DNA of 64,000 nucleotides from an uncultured cyanobacterium. GTDB lineage: Bacteria; Cyanobacteriota; Cyanobacteriia; CAKZMO01. Positions within the stretch are counted from its first letter, which is position 1; each line of letters begins with the position of its first letter. The stretch lies in NCBI GenBank assembly GCA_963719515.1, contig CAVRCJ010000005.1, forward strand, positions 64,001 through 128,000. Reading direction: 5' to 3'. The translations under genes and the position numbers were made by a program. The notes below the pieces were generated by a model. It did not search any database. It saw nothing but the letters and a program-made list of their open reading frames with translations, and was not told the DNA's origin. Below, piece after piece: positions 11,083-21,816 of this stretch.

Positions 11083-11349
11083 AATCACTTGTCTTATTTG
11101 ATACTCCCTATGATGGCTAAAGGCATTGTTTTGTTCCCACAGAAGGCACATCTCGCGATTGAAGAAACTAGCCTGAACTTACGTTTCCCGGTAGTGCAAA
11201 GCTATTTTTCAGGGTTAACCACGGTTTTTGGAGACTGCTGAAGGGCAATAGCCTTGCGAATATCAGTACTTTCCGAAGCCTACGGGAGACTGACCTGTGC
11301 TGTGGAGGCGGGCAATGGCGCTTCGCTTTGCTTCGGGCGAGGACGATTT

Positions 11350-12138
11350 TCAGCGCAGTGGCCACCAAGAGACCTTATCTCTCGTCGTTCCATAGACCGC
11401 CTTCATGCCTTCTGGATCGCACACCTGCAGCCAATCTGTTGACTCGGATTTGGAACTCGCTTTAAGCAGCCCCACTTTGATCATGCCCTTCAGCACCTGC
11501 TCCACCGTGCGGTGGTTGAGCTGGCAGGCCTTGGCAATCACGCCGATGGGCAAGTCGAAGCAAAACAGCCCCTCCTCATCGGGCTGACTCCCAAGCGATC
11601 GCTCCTGGTAGATTAGCGCCCTCAGCAGCGCCGCTACGGCTTGGGGCGGATAGGTGCTGCAGTTAAGCAGGTGGTAGCGAAACTTTTCCCGCAGCTCAAA
11701 CAGCAGGCTGTAGCGAGACTGGAACTCTGGGCTGCTTTGGTGCAAAGCCTGAACCGTCGCCTGGGGAATTTTGACGACGTCGGTGGTCTTATAGGCTTCT
11801 ACTAAGCTGGGAAACCCGTGGCAAACCTGGCCGTAGCCTAGGCCCAAGCTCAGCATGCCAAAGCAGCCCCCTGGGTAAGACATGGCGATCACGCGGTCTA
11901 GCGGCGCGCTGCGAACAACGACGGGGCCGCCTTGCAAAATGATGTAGAGGCTGTCTGGCGGAGCCTCAGGGAGATGGGCGGTGTAGATGGGTCGATTGGA
12001 GTAAAGCTTTTCTAGCGGACAGGCATCTGACTGTAGCTGCTGGGCCAACTCAGCAGGGTCCCACCCCCTGAACAAAAAACAGCGTTGAGTCAGGGCCGTA
12101 ACCCAGTCCGGGGCGGCTGGCGTTGGATTCTGAGGCAT
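11350..12138 (-). CDS. Crp/Fnr family transcriptional regulator
   Basis: cNMP-binding-like region (LYIILQG...PGGCFG) and C-terminal HTH (IAKACQLNHRTVEQVLK). Confidence 0.8.
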   Translation of the reverse strand: MPQNPTPAAPDWVTALTQRCFLFRGWDPAELAQQLQSDACPLEKLYSNRPIYTAHLPEAPPDSLYIILQGGPVVVRSAPLDRVIAMSYPGGCFGMLSLGLGYGQVCHGFPSLVEAYKTTDVVKIPQATVQALHQSSPEFQSRYSLLFELREKFRYHLLNCSTYPPQAVAALLRALIYQERSLGSQPDEEGLFCFDLPIGVIAKACQLNHRTVEQVLKGMIKVGLLKASSKSESTDWLQVCDPEGMKAVYGTTRDKVSWWPLR

Positions 12139-12194
12139 GGCTGGGTTTACAGGTCTATCTTCCTATTCTGTCACGCATCTACTTCAATCAAGTT

Positions 12195-12268
12195 TGTTTT
12201 GAGTATGAATCTCAAAACATTTGCAGATCGATTTCAAATTTTTGCTTTATGATGTGAGGCAGCTCAGA
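12195..12268. promoter_or_regulatory. inverted repeat and CRP-like box in the divergent crp/SLC13 promoter
   Basis: TGTTTTGAG-N7-CTCAAAACA (12195-12219) and TGTGA-N6-TCAGA (12253-12268). Confidence 0.45.
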
Positions 12269-12290
12269 TGTCTTAATCCACGTTTCGAGG

Positions 12291-14207
12291 ATGCTATCTA
12301 TGCGGACATGGCGACTATTTGACCGGCGATCGCACTCTCAAAAGTATCTGCTTCTGGGAGGATTCTTAGGTCTTGGCCTCGCTATCAGCCTGGGTAATGC
12401 CCCGGTATTTGGCGAGAATTTGGGAATGGCGAGCCCGCTATCCTGGCAGGCCTGGCTCGCGATCGCCGTTACTCTAGCCGCCTTCTGCGGCAATGCCTTC
12501 ACCAGCCTCCCCGCCGATATTGTCTTCTTGGGAGCGGCGGCAGTGCTGTTTCTAAGCGGCGTTCTAGACGAGAAAGCGGCGCTGGCAGGGTTCAGCAACT
12601 CCGGCATGATTACGGTCGGCGTACTCTACATTGTGGTGACGGGCCTGCAGCAGACCGGGGCGCTGCAGTGGGTATCGCAGCAGGTGCTGGGGATGCCCAA
12701 AACCCCCAGCCGGGCGATGGTGCGGCTGATGCTGCCGGTGATGGGGGCGAGCGCTTTCCTCAACAACACACCGGTGGTGGCCATGTTCATTCCCGTGGTG
12801 AATGACTGGTGCCGCAAACTGCGCTTTAGCCCCTCTAAGCTGATGATTCCCCTGAGCTACGCGGCGATTTTCGGCGGGCTGTGCTCCTTGATCGGCACCA
12901 GCACTAACCTAGTGGTGAACGGTCTTTTGATCGATGCCACTGGCGGCAGCGGGCTGAAGATGTTTGACATTGCCTGGGTGGGCCTGCCCTGTGGCCTAGC
13001 CGGATTCCTGTTCTTATTTGTGACGCAGCGATGGCTGTTGCCCGACCGCCAGGCGGCCCTCAGCACCAGCGACGCCCTGCGGGAATACACAGTGGAAATG
13101 AGGGTAGAACCCAATAGTCCTTTGGTGGGCAAAACCGTCGAAAAGGCCGGACTTCGCCACCTGCCCGACCTCTACCTCGCTGAAATTTGCCGGGGAACGC
13201 GGGTAATGCCAGCGGTGGGCCCCCAAGAGCCGCTTCAAGGCAACGACCTGCTGCGATTTGTGGGGGTCATCGACTCTATTTTGGACCTGCAGCGCATCCG
13301 GGGACTGCAGCCTGCCACAAACCAGCGCTCTAAGCTGGAGGGCTCTTCTGAAGAGCGCACGTTGATTGAGGCCGTCGTCTCCAATACCTGCCCGCTGATC
13401 GGGCAGACCATCCGCGAGGGGCAATTTCGGACGCAGTACAACGCGGTGGTGGTGGCGGCGGCCCGCAACGGCGATCGCCTCACGGGCAAGATTGGCGATA
13501 TTCGCCTGCGGGCGGGGGATACGCTGCTGCTGGAAGCTTCTCCCAACTTTGTGGGTGAGCGGCGCATCTCGCGAGACTTTTATCTGGTGAGCGGCGTCCC
13601 CAATTCTGAACCCATTCGCCACGAGCGATCGCGCGTGGCCTTTGGCCTGACGCTGGCGATGGTGCTGCTGGCGGCGGTGGGCTGGTTGAGTATGCTGCAG
13701 GCGGCGGTGCTCGCCGCCGTGGGCATGATTGCGCTGGGGTGCTGCTCTCCGGCTCAAGCGATGCGCAGCATTGACTGGTCGGTGCTGCTGGTGATTGCCG
13801 GGGCGCTGGCCCTGGGGCAAGGGCTGGAGGTGACGGGGGCGGCGGAGGCGATCGCCACGGGCGTGATTGGCGTGGCGGGCCGCAATCCCTGGCTGGCGCT
13901 GGTGGCGGTGTATGCCGTTACTTCGGTGCTCACTGAGATCATCACCAATAACGCCGCTGCTGCGCTAATTTTTCCCATTGCGTTCTCCCTATCCAGTCAG
14001 CTCGGCGTCAGCTACCTGCCGTTTGTCGTCGGCATTATGGTGGGTGCTTCGGCGAGCTTCGCCACTCCTATCGGCTACCAAACGAACCTGATGGTGTGCG
14101 GGCCGGGGGGCTATAAGTTCGCTGACTTTTTACGGGTGGGGGTGCCGCTGAATCTGCTGTACGGCATCGTCACGGTGGCGATCGCGCCTTTGATCTACCC
14201 CTTCTAG
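12291..14207 (+). CDS. SLC13/DASS family permease with TrkA-C domains
   Basis: SAFLNNTPVV, IGTSTNL, two RCK-C-like soluble repeats, TPIGYQTN. Confidence 0.9.
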   Translation: MLSMRTWRLFDRRSHSQKYLLLGGFLGLGLAISLGNAPVFGENLGMASPLSWQAWLAIAVTLAAFCGNAFTSLPADIVFLGAAAVLFLSGVLDEKAALAGFSNSGMITVGVLYIVVTGLQQTGALQWVSQQVLGMPKTPSRAMVRLMLPVMGASAFLNNTPVVAMFIPVVNDWCRKLRFSPSKLMIPLSYAAIFGGLCSLIGTSTNLVVNGLLIDATGGSGLKMFDIAWVGLPCGLAGFLFLFVTQRWLLPDRQAALSTSDALREYTVEMRVEPNSPLVGKTVEKAGLRHLPDLYLAEICRGTRVMPAVGPQEPLQGNDLLRFVGVIDSILDLQRIRGLQPATNQRSKLEGSSEERTLIEAVVSNTCPLIGQTIREGQFRTQYNAVVVAAARNGDRLTGKIGDIRLRAGDTLLLEASPNFVGERRISRDFYLVSGVPNSEPIRHERSRVAFGLTLAMVLLAAVGWLSMLQAAVLAAVGMIALGCCSPAQAMRSIDWSVLLVIAGALALGQGLEVTGAAEAIATGVIGVAGRNPWLALVAVYAVTSVLTEIITNNAAAALIFPIAFSLSSQLGVSYLPFVVGIMVGASASFATPIGYQTNLMVCGPGGYKFADFLRVGVPLNLLYGIVTVAIAPLIYPF

Positions 14208-14408
14208 GTCTGTTTCTGTTATTGGAGGGGCAAAGACGATGATGAAGGTGGCGTTGGGAATGAGGCGGCGCAGAACTCGGAGGTGGGCGTCGGCGTCGTT
14301 GCGTTTGCGGAAGCGGGCGACGGTGATGCGCTGGGCTTTGGGCAGCAGGCGAATGATGCACCAGGGGTGGAGCTGCTGACGGTAGGCGCTGGGGATGGGA
14401 TGGGTCAC
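14130..14408 (-). CDS. small cyanobacterial hypothetical protein
   Basis: Y..QLHPWCIIRLLP.....VARFRKRNDA..HL..LRRL pattern. The 3' end overlaps the permease. Confidence 0.6.
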   Translation of the reverse strand: MTHPIPSAYRQQLHPWCIIRLLPKAQRITVARFRKRNDADAHLRVLRRLIPNATFIIVFAPPITETDLEGVDQRRDRHRDDAVQQIQRHPHP

Positions 14409-14527
14409 CTGTAGTCTCCTTGGGCTAAGGTAGTGGCGCTACTCTAGCGGGGGAGGTTGGGGAGAAGACAGGTCACGGTGATATTGACTTTTTGGTGGGG
14501 TTGAGGCATGGAATTGCACCCACCCTG

Positions 14528-15035
14528 TTAGCCCCTCCCGGAAGGGGAAGCATTTTGGCTGGGGCAGAGGGCGTTTTGGAGTTCTGGAGGAATTTGGCTG
14601 TGGTGGCGGAGGAGGAAGTCCATGAGGGCGAGGTGGCGCAGGTCTTGGGTGGTGGGCTGGTGGTTTTGGCGGAACCAGCGGCGGACGGTTGAGACGGAGC
14701 GGCTGCAGATGAGGGCGATGTCTTCTTGGCTGACTTGCCAGGTGGCGTAGAAGGTCTGAGGGGTCATGGCTTAGTGGTGCAGAGAACTCCTGAAAGCATT
14801 GGTACTAAAGGATTTCGCCGAAAACGACAATTTCCGCAGTTCAGGGCAAATTGAGGCAATTCCCCACGTATTTGCGTGGTTTGAGAGTACGTATCTGAGC
14901 TTTTCCAGCCTTTCTATGAGAATCAATACTCTCTGGCCGAGATTTCTGCACCACCAAGGGGGTCATGGTGAGCTGGCAGTGTGCGTAGTGCTGGATGAGC
15001 TGCTTTTGGATTGGGGTGAGGGGGTGGGGTGACAT
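14528..15035 (-). pseudogene. small HTH protein gene split by a MITE
   Basis: The N-part MSPHPLTPIQKQLIQHYAHCQLTMTP and the C-part MTPQTFYATWQVSQEDIALICSRSVSTVRRWF join at a duplicated MTP. Confidence 0.75.
14770..14958. mobile_element. 189-bp MITE
   Basis: TIRs CTTAGTGGTGCAGA / TCTGCACCACCAAG. 10-bp target duplication GGGGTCATGG at 14760-14769 and 14959-14968. Confidence 0.85.
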
Positions 15036-15078
15036 GGTGATTGGCGTAGACACGTTAGAATAGCTGCCTCAGACAATA

Positions 15079-15094
15079 TAAGGCAATTGCCTTA
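15079..15094. promoter_or_regulatory. operator-like perfect palindrome
   Basis: TAAGGCAATTGCCTTA with nearby half sites, between the divergent HTH and RHH genes. Confidence 0.55.
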
Positions 15095-15168
15095 ATAAGG
15101 CAATATCTCTAGATTTAAGTTGCGGGTTTAGGGAATATAGGGAAGTTGCCTCTTAATCCTTCAAGCGA

Positions 15169-15366
15169 GTGCCCAAACCAGCCAAACCACAGATTCGGGT
15201 TTACCTCAGCGAAGAGACCGATCGATTGCTCAAGGCGATCGCGGGGATTAAGGGATCTTCAGTGAATGCGATCGCGAACGAAGCGATCGAGGAGTGGTTA
15301 GAAAACCCAGCGCAGAAAGAAATCGTTAAGAAATTTAATCTTGCTCAACTGGATGAGATTCAATAG
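15169..15366 (+). CDS. ribbon-helix-helix (CopG-like) DNA-binding protein
   Basis: KPQIRVYLSEETDRLLKAIA...SVNAIANEAIEEWL. Confidence 0.75.
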   Translation: MPKPAKPQIRVYLSEETDRLLKAIAGIKGSSVNAIANEAIEEWLENPAQKEIVKKFNLAQLDEIQ

Positions 15367-15778
15367 CGGTGTTGGCTTTCCCGCAGCGATTAGAACGGCC
15401 GAAATTGAGTTGTCGGCGCTGCAATGAAGTTGCGCCACTTAAAGCTCAGTTATTGAGGCTGTTGCTAGATTTGCAAGCGCGTCACTGGTTTTGCGGCTAT
15501 AGAATTAGGGCGATCGCAGTGGACATCTCTGTGGAGACAGTAATCAATTGGGAGACAGGGTAATAGAGGCGAAACTGACGCTGACGCGGGTGAAGGCGGT
15601 GTGTCAGGTTTTGCAGTGGGTAATTGAGGATGTGCCTGATGAGCTGGGGCTTGCAACTTATGCTTTGTACATAGCTTAGAACTCAAACGTTGCTAGAGGT
15701 TGGGCTTATGCAAGGAAAAATTATGGCGATAGCGGGTTCATAAGTACTAAGGTCACCGATCTTTTGCCCGATTAGAAT

Positions 15779-16216
15779 ATGAAGATGAGTTTTGGAAGCA
15801 AAGAAATGATGAAGGGATTTCAAGATCTACCGTGGTGGGCAAAGGCAACATTTGTATTTGTTTTAATAGTTGTTGGTGGTTTTAGTTATGAAACCTTATA
15901 CGATGGTTTTTTAGTGGCTCAGAGCGGAAACAATCAAGCTTCTGATAGTGCTGACTTAAACCAAGTAGAAGTAACCGTTCTTGACCGAAGCACATCTCAA
16001 CCCATTGAAAGTGTGGAACTACAAATTGTATTTGAAGGCCCTCCCGTCCTGAAGCGAACTGATAGGAACGGATACGTTGAGATAAAAATTCCGGCTAGAG
16101 ATAGTGTTCAGCTAACGCTGACACATGGAAACTATGAAACGGCCACAGAGACTATAAACTTAAGAACAGATTCGAACACAACCAGGATTTTATACTTGGA
16201 CTCATTAAACCCGTAA
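15779..16216 (+). CDS. membrane-anchored protein with carboxypeptidase-regulatory-like domain
   Basis: TM segment followed by V.D..T.QPI...TD.NG.V. AT-rich sequence. Confidence 0.6.
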   Translation: MKMSFGSKEMMKGFQDLPWWAKATFVFVLIVVGGFSYETLYDGFLVAQSGNNQASDSADLNQVEVTVLDRSTSQPIESVELQIVFEGPPVLKRTDRNGYVEIKIPARDSVQLTLTHGNYETATETINLRTDSNTTRILYLDSLNP

Positions 16217-16288
16217 TGTTCTTGCACACATGCTAATCGGCAGAAAAGGAATTGATTCTTGATTGCTAAAGCTGAAAGGGAGATCTGA

Positions 16289-17074
16289 ATGAATCTTAAT
16301 TTTTTGGGGATACTTATTGTACTTTTTGTGTGTGCATTACTTGCTTCAAATATCGTCATATTAAACAGTCGTAGTTCTATAGTTTCAGATTATGATTTCT
16401 GGAAGGATATTGGGGAAAGATTTAAGTTCTTCTTAATGCTAGCAGCTCTCTGCGCGTGCGGCTATCTGGCATGGAATACATTTTTTTATATTGTACTCGC
16501 ACTACTTTTCGGTGGTGTTGCTTTTGCAATGATTCCCTTGTACAACTATTCTCAAGGCAAACTATCCTCGCTGCGTTACCTTGCCGAACCAGAGTTAGAA
16601 GACTCTATAAGCACAGCTATAAGAGCCAAGCAGATACTTGAGAAGTTCTATCAAGAATATCCAGAAATTGCTTCTCTAGAAAGTTCTGGATCTTTATTTG
16701 GCAGCTTTAATGAAGAACTACGTACGGCAAGGGCAGTCTACGAAAGGGTTCAGCAACAACGTCAGGATAAGGAGTCGTACTACTCGGATGAGAGGCGAAG
16801 AAATGGTCTGCACTATGGTGCTCCTTTAGAAAACGGTAGATGTCCAACAGGTTATCCGATAACGGCAACACGATTACCGCCCGGAAATACGTGTAAAGGT
16901 ATTTATCATTGTGAAGGGGACAGAGGGTATGGGGCTGAAAGAACGTACTGGTGTTTTAAGTGCGTAGAGCACGCTGAAAGAGATGGTTTTCGTCCACCAC
17001 GACACAAGGATGAACATCATCAAAAGAGATATCCCAACAAAGCCCCTTGTGAACAGGGGCAGGAGTTCCAATAA
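16289..17074 (+). CDS. membrane protein with C-terminal Cys/His (Ada-metal-binding-like) domain
   Basis: Three hydrophobic segments, then CP.GYPI...KGIYH...YWCF...AERDGFRP. Confidence 0.6.
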   Translation: MNLNFLGILIVLFVCALLASNIVILNSRSSIVSDYDFWKDIGERFKFFLMLAALCACGYLAWNTFFYIVLALLFGGVAFAMIPLYNYSQGKLSSLRYLAEPELEDSISTAIRAKQILEKFYQEYPEIASLESSGSLFGSFNEELRTARAVYERVQQQRQDKESYYSDERRRNGLHYGAPLENGRCPTGYPITATRLPPGNTCKGIYHCEGDRGYGAERTYWCFKCVEHAERDGFRPPRHKDEHHQKRYPNKAPCEQGQEFQ

Positions 17075-17212
17075 GAGACTCACTCGCTTTGTTTCATCGA
17101 GAAGCTGAGGTCTGACTAGAGCTTTTAAGTCAAATAGATAACCTAATACCAATTCCATATGTGGTTGCACATATTGGAGACCCCCTGCCGTCCCCCTTGC
17201 TAAGGGGGACGG

Positions 17213-18369
17213 CAGGGTTGATTCAATGTGAGGGGATGAAAGCTAGGATAGAGGTTAGCTAGAAACGAGGATGCTGACATGACGCTTATCGAAGCCCTTC
17301 AGAGTGTTCCCGACTACCGCTGTGCCAGAGGGAAACGACATCCACTGTGGATAATTCTGGTAATGATCGTGATGGGGAACTTAGCGGGCTATCGGGGTAA
17401 TCGCCCGTTAGAAGAATTTGCCAAGCGCTATGGGGCTGATGTCGCTCGGCTGTTGGAGATTAACCCAAAAGCGATGCCCTCCTACTCGACCTTCAGGCGA
17501 ACCCATATCGGGCTTGACTTTGAGGCGCTGAGCAAGGTCTTTCGCGAGTGGATGAGTCAGTACGCCAGCCCAGACAACGCTAGCTATGCTATTGATGGTA
17601 AGCGTATCAAGCAACCGATAGTCGGCGATGACGGCAAGACCCGCTTCGTGGGCCTGGTGAGTGTTTTTGCTCAGCAGCAAGGTATCACTGTCGATTTGGC
17701 AGCGTTGAAGGAGGGCGAAAATAGCGAACTTAAGGTGGTGCAGTACTTGCTTGAGAAGCTGAAGCTCAAGGGTGCTGTTCTCAGCCTGGATGCGTTGCAC
17801 GCGCAAAAAAACGCTCCGGCTCATCATTGATAGCGGCAACGACTACCTAGTTGCCGTCAAGGGCAACCAGAAGAGACTCTACGGGCAGCTTTCGGCTATT
17901 GCTGACCATAGGACTGAGCAACAGCCCAGTGCGATCACTGACGAGCAACAGCATGGACGGCATGAACGACGGCAGGTGCGCTTGTTCTCAGCAGCAGGCA
18001 TTGATACGAGGCAATGGCCTGGAGCAAAAACGGTGCTGTGTGTTGAGCGGCAGCAGACCCGCAAGGGTAAGTGCTCCACTCACAAGGCCTACTACCTGAC
18101 CTCGGTTGCCGCTACCGCAACAGCACAGCTCGAAGCAATACGTCGGCATTGGAGCATTGAGAATCAGCTGCACTGGCCTAAGGATATGGTGCTCAAAGAA
18201 GATGACAGCTACGGCAGAGAACCCAATGCTTTGCTGATCACATCGGTGTTTCGTTCGATTACTATCAATTTGTTGAGGCTGCAGGGCTTCAAGTCCCTCA
18301 CCTCCGCTCTACGAGAGCTTGCCAACCAAATTGAGCAAGTTTTTCAACTCTTACAATGAATCAGCCCTG
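17213..18369 (+). mobile_element. ISAs1-family insertion sequence (1157 bp)
   Basis: TIRs CAGGGTTGATTCAATGT / ACAATGAATCAGCCCTG. 10-bp TSD AGGGGGACGG. Confidence 0.93.
17279..18359 (+). CDS. ISAs1 transposase in two frames joined at an A7 run
   Basis: VPDYRCARGKRHPL, AIDGK, LDALHAQK|KT, VKGNQ, RRHWSIENQLHW. Confidence 0.88.
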
Positions 18370-18664
18370 AGGGGGACGGCGACAGCCGGGGGTGAGCCAT
18401 AATGTGCATCTTCATATCCCTTTGGTATAAGCTCGCTTTCAAGATTTGCAGCAGGCATTGTAAACCAGCTTTAGTTCTCGTACTAGAGACACTTGGAAAC
18501 ATAGAAATAGAATAGTAGGTACTCATACGATCCTACTAAATAAGCAGCGTTTATACTCAGTGGACAAACCAACGAACTTTTTAAAAACCAGCACTATTCA
18601 GAAGCATCGCTCTACGCCCTAGAGAGACAGAAAAAGTCCCTGACAGAGCGTTTACAGCGATCGC

Positions 18665-19303
18665 TCAGTTCTCAGCTCTATCAGGCTCGCGGCCCTCTAA
18701 AATCCCTACCAAAACTAAAAGCAACACCTCCGTCTCCTCCGGTACCCGATACAGCTTAAAATCCGCCACCACCCGCCGAGCCTGCCGCTCAAACAAACAA
18801 AACCGCCAATCCTGCCCCGTCGTCACAGCTCCGTACAAAACCGGCGTCTCCGATTCCGACCACTCATCCAGCGCAATCAGCTCCGTCGCCAGCTGCGTCA
18901 GCCCATTGTCCAAATTCTCCCGCTTGGCCTCAATCACCAACAGGTTCTCAGCCTGAAAGTAATAGTCAAACGTTCCCCGCAGCCAAGAGCTAACCACAAT
19001 GGGATACTCCACTCGCACCCGCTGCCGCGTCACCCGGCACACCTCTCGCACAACAGGCGCAATCAAAAATTCCCGTCGGGCCTGCTCGCTTGTAATCCCC
19101 ACATAACGAATCCCATCTTGAATCTGGGCCTGCACCTGCTCCAGACCCTCTAGCGGCAGCTTATACTGCGGCAAATCGAGCGTCGCCCGTTCAACCGAAC
19201 AGCCCAAATCCGCCAGGATGTCCTCAATGTCAAATGGTAGCTCGAAATATTTGCTGAAGCTGTAGGATTCCTCAGGCTTGAGAACCTTGGGGGTACGGGT
19301 CAT
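18665..19303 (-). CDS. hypothetical restriction-endonuclease-fold protein (HsdR-N-like)
   Basis: SEQARREFLIAP, D-x-LLVIEAK, YGAVTTG..W.F. Confidence 0.7.
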   Translation of the reverse strand: MTRTPKVLKPEESYSFSKYFELPFDIEDILADLGCSVERATLDLPQYKLPLEGLEQVQAQIQDGIRYVGITSEQARREFLIAPVVREVCRVTRQRVRVEYPIVVSSWLRGTFDYYFQAENLLVIEAKRENLDNGLTQLATELIALDEWSESETPVLYGAVTTGQDWRFCLFERQARRVVADFKLYRVPEETEVLLLVLVGILEGREPDRAEN

Positions 19304-19329
19304 AGGGAAAGCCTGCTCAATACCGTTGT

Positions 19330-19584
19330 TTATAAGTTATCTCGAATCCAGGCTCGAAGCGCACGCTTCGACGCCGTCTCCCCCTCCTCAGCGCAATCCC
19401 GCAAAAAGCGATAGAGCCGGTCTTTAGGCACAGCTGGGAAACTAGGGCTAGCGATCGCCTCCTGATAGCTGCCGCCTTGAATCTGGTAGATCGTCAGCTT
19501 TTGCCCGTTGTATCGCCAAAGCTCAGGGACGCCAAGCCGGGCATACAGCTCATTCTTATTGATGTCGGTATTTGGCTTGAGCAT
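19330..19584 (-). pseudogene. C-terminal fragment of a Uma2 family endonuclease
   Basis: K..LYARLGVPELWRYNG with no N-terminal half. Confidence 0.7.
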
Positions 19585-19678
19585 AACCGACTGCAGACTA
19601 AGCGCTGCAGAGCAAATAGCGGCCTCAGCCCAATCGAAGATAATGCTACGCTCAAGCTAGCCTCGTTGGGTAAAGACA

Positions 19679-20233
19679 ATGGTTACTACTCCCTCCAAAT
19701 TACTGAGCTTAGAGGAGTTCTTAGCGTCGCCCGACAGCGAGAACAGCGAACTCATAGACGGAGAGGCCATTCCCAAAGTGTCCCCAAAACGGTTTCACGC
19801 GGGTCTGCAAAAGTCGTTCATCAAGCTCATGGACGACTGGGCAGAATCGAGAGGACATTTCTATCCAGAGTGGGCAGTTGTCTTAGAGCGAAATGGAAAG
19901 CCGTGGGTTCCCATTCCAGACTTGACCTACGTCGCCTTTGAAAGGCTCGCAGCAGACTGGCTAGAGGACGGTCCTTGCCCAGTACCGCCCAATTTGGCAA
20001 TCGAGATTATTTCACCAGATCAAACCTTTGGAGCGATGGTCTCTAAAGCTTCTGACTACATCGCAGCAGGGGTATTGAGGGTTTGGGTAATCGATTCTCG
20101 GGCCCGCACGTTTACCGTCTTTGCCCCAAGTAAAGTTCCAATCACCTATCGCGGTGATCAAGTCGTCAAGGACAGCCTATTCTCCGATCTGGCGCTAAGC
20201 GTCGAACTTATACTTAGTAAAGCCGGTTTGTAG
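19679..20233 (+). CDS. Uma2 family endonuclease
   Basis: ELIDG, IPDL, PNLAIEIISP, GVLRVWVID. Confidence 0.9.
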   Translation: MVTTPSKLLSLEEFLASPDSENSELIDGEAIPKVSPKRFHAGLQKSFIKLMDDWAESRGHFYPEWAVVLERNGKPWVPIPDLTYVAFERLAADWLEDGPCPVPPNLAIEIISPDQTFGAMVSKASDYIAAGVLRVWVIDSRARTFTVFAPSKVPITYRGDQVVKDSLFSDLALSVELILSKAGL

Positions 20234-20234
20234 G

Positions 20235-20267
20235 AGAAGCCGGGGACCTTCAAGATCCCCGGCTTCT
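20235..20267. terminator. hairpin between convergent genes
   Basis: AGAAGCCGGGGA-N9-TCCCCGGCTTCT. Confidence 0.7.
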
Positions 20268-20289
20268 AAGACTCAATCCGTCAGAGCAA

Positions 20290-21816
20290 CTATGCCCCTA
20301 CAGCCTCCTTCGCCGCATACAGCACTTCAGCCGTAATTTGCTCAATATTCCGCTCCCGCGCGAACTTCTCCGTGTTGCGCTTCACCTTACCGCGCACAAA
20401 CCCCGGAATCTTGTTCAGCTCCGCCAGGCCGTCCTTGCTCCAGCCCATATCCGAATCCGCCGACAGCGTCTTGGTGATGCTCTCTTTGGTGTCGTGGCCG
20501 CCGAAGATTTCCAGCAGGTGGTCCTCCATACCCAGGGTAAAGGAGTTGTACACCAGGTCCACCACCTGGTTGGCGCCCTCGTAGCCCAGGTAGGGGCGAT
20601 AGCCCACCGGGAAATCCTGAATGTGGATGGGGGCCGCAATCACGCCACAGGGGATGTTTAGGCGCTTGCCTACGTGGCGCTCCATCTGGGTGCCAAAGAT
20701 AGCGGAAGGCTCTAGGCGAGCGATCGCATCTCCAATTTCCCCGTTGTCCTCACTGATCAAGATATCGTCGCAGTATTCCGACACCTGCTCCCGGAACCAG
20801 TCGGCGTCGTACTTACAGTAGGTGCCCGCTAGCACCACGTGAATGCCCATCTCCCGCGCCAGGATTTTGGTCATGGCGGCGGCGTGGGTGTTGTCGCCAA
20901 ACACCACGGCCTTTTTGCCGGTGAGGTTTTGGCAGTCGATAGAGCGGGAGAACCAGGCCGCTTGGGAGACAAAGCGGGTCTGATCGTCAATAAAAGCTTC
21001 GTAGTCGACCTCAGCGCCCTGCTCATTGAGCACCTTTTGAATCATGCGAACGCAGCGGGCCGTCTCCACGATGCCCATGGGCGTGATGTCCACGGTGGGC
21101 ATGTCGAACTCGGTTTTGAGGAAGTTCGCTGTCATCATGCCCAGCTCCCGGTAGGGCACCAGGTTAAACCAGGCCCGAGGCAGATTCTTCAGCTCGTGCA
21201 CCGACGCCCCTTCGGGAATCACCGCATTCACCTCAATGCCCAGCTCGCCCATCAGCTTTTTCAGCTCGGTGCAGTCGTGGTTGTTGTGGAAGCCTAGGGT
21301 AGAGATGCCGATGATGTTGACTGAGGGCTTTTCGGTTTTCTCGGTGGCCATGTCCCCCGCCTTGCGAGCCTTGGCGACGTAGAACTCCACCATCTGCTGC
21401 AGGGTGCGGTCCGCCGCCTCTAGCTCGTTCACCCGGTAGTGGTTTACATCTGCCAGCAGCACGTCCGATTTAGACTCAAGCTGCGCCCGCTGCACAAAGT
21501 TTTCCAGGTCTTCCTGCAGGATGCTGGAGGTACAGGTGGGCGTGAGCACCACCATGTCAGGGCCAACTTCTTTGTCTTTGCGGATGATGTTGTCGACGAC
21601 TTTCTCTTGAGATCCTCGCGCCAGCACGTTGCGATCGACGACGCTAGTGGTCACCGGGGTGTAGTCGCGCTCGCGCTCTAGCATGGAGCGCATGACGTTG
21701 AAGTAGTCGTCCCCGATGGGGGCATGCATAATCGCGTGCACATTTTTGAACGAACTAGCGACACGCAGGGTTCCAATGTGCGCCGGTCCGGCGTACATCC
21801 AATAGGCTAATTTCAT
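20290..21816 (-). CDS. chlB: light-independent protochlorophyllide reductase subunit B
   Basis: [15 protein letters not shown]...; C-terminal [15 protein letters not shown]. Confidence 0.98.
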   Translation of the reverse strand: MKLAYWMYAGPAHIGTLRVASSFKNVHAIMHAPIGDDYFNVMRSMLERERDYTPVTTSVVDRNVLARGSQEKVVDNIIRKDKEVGPDMVVLTPTCTSSILQEDLENFVQRAQLESKSDVLLADVNHYRVNELEAADRTLQQMVEFYVAKARKAGDMATEKTEKPSVNIIGISTLGFHNNHDCTELKKLMGELGIEVNAVIPEGASVHELKNLPRAWFNLVPYRELGMMTANFLKTEFDMPTVDITPMGIVETARCVRMIQKVLNEQGAEVDYEAFIDDQTRFVSQAAWFSRSIDCQNLTGKKAVVFGDNTHAAAMTKILAREMGIHVVLAGTYCKYDADWFREQVSEYCDDILISEDNGEIGDAIARLEPSAIFGTQMERHVGKRLNIPCGVIAAPIHIQDFPVGYRPYLGYEGANQVVDLVYNSFTLGMEDHLLEIFGGHDTKESITKTLSADSDMGWSKDGLAELNKIPGFVRGKVKRNTEKFARERNIEQITAEVLYAAKEAVGA

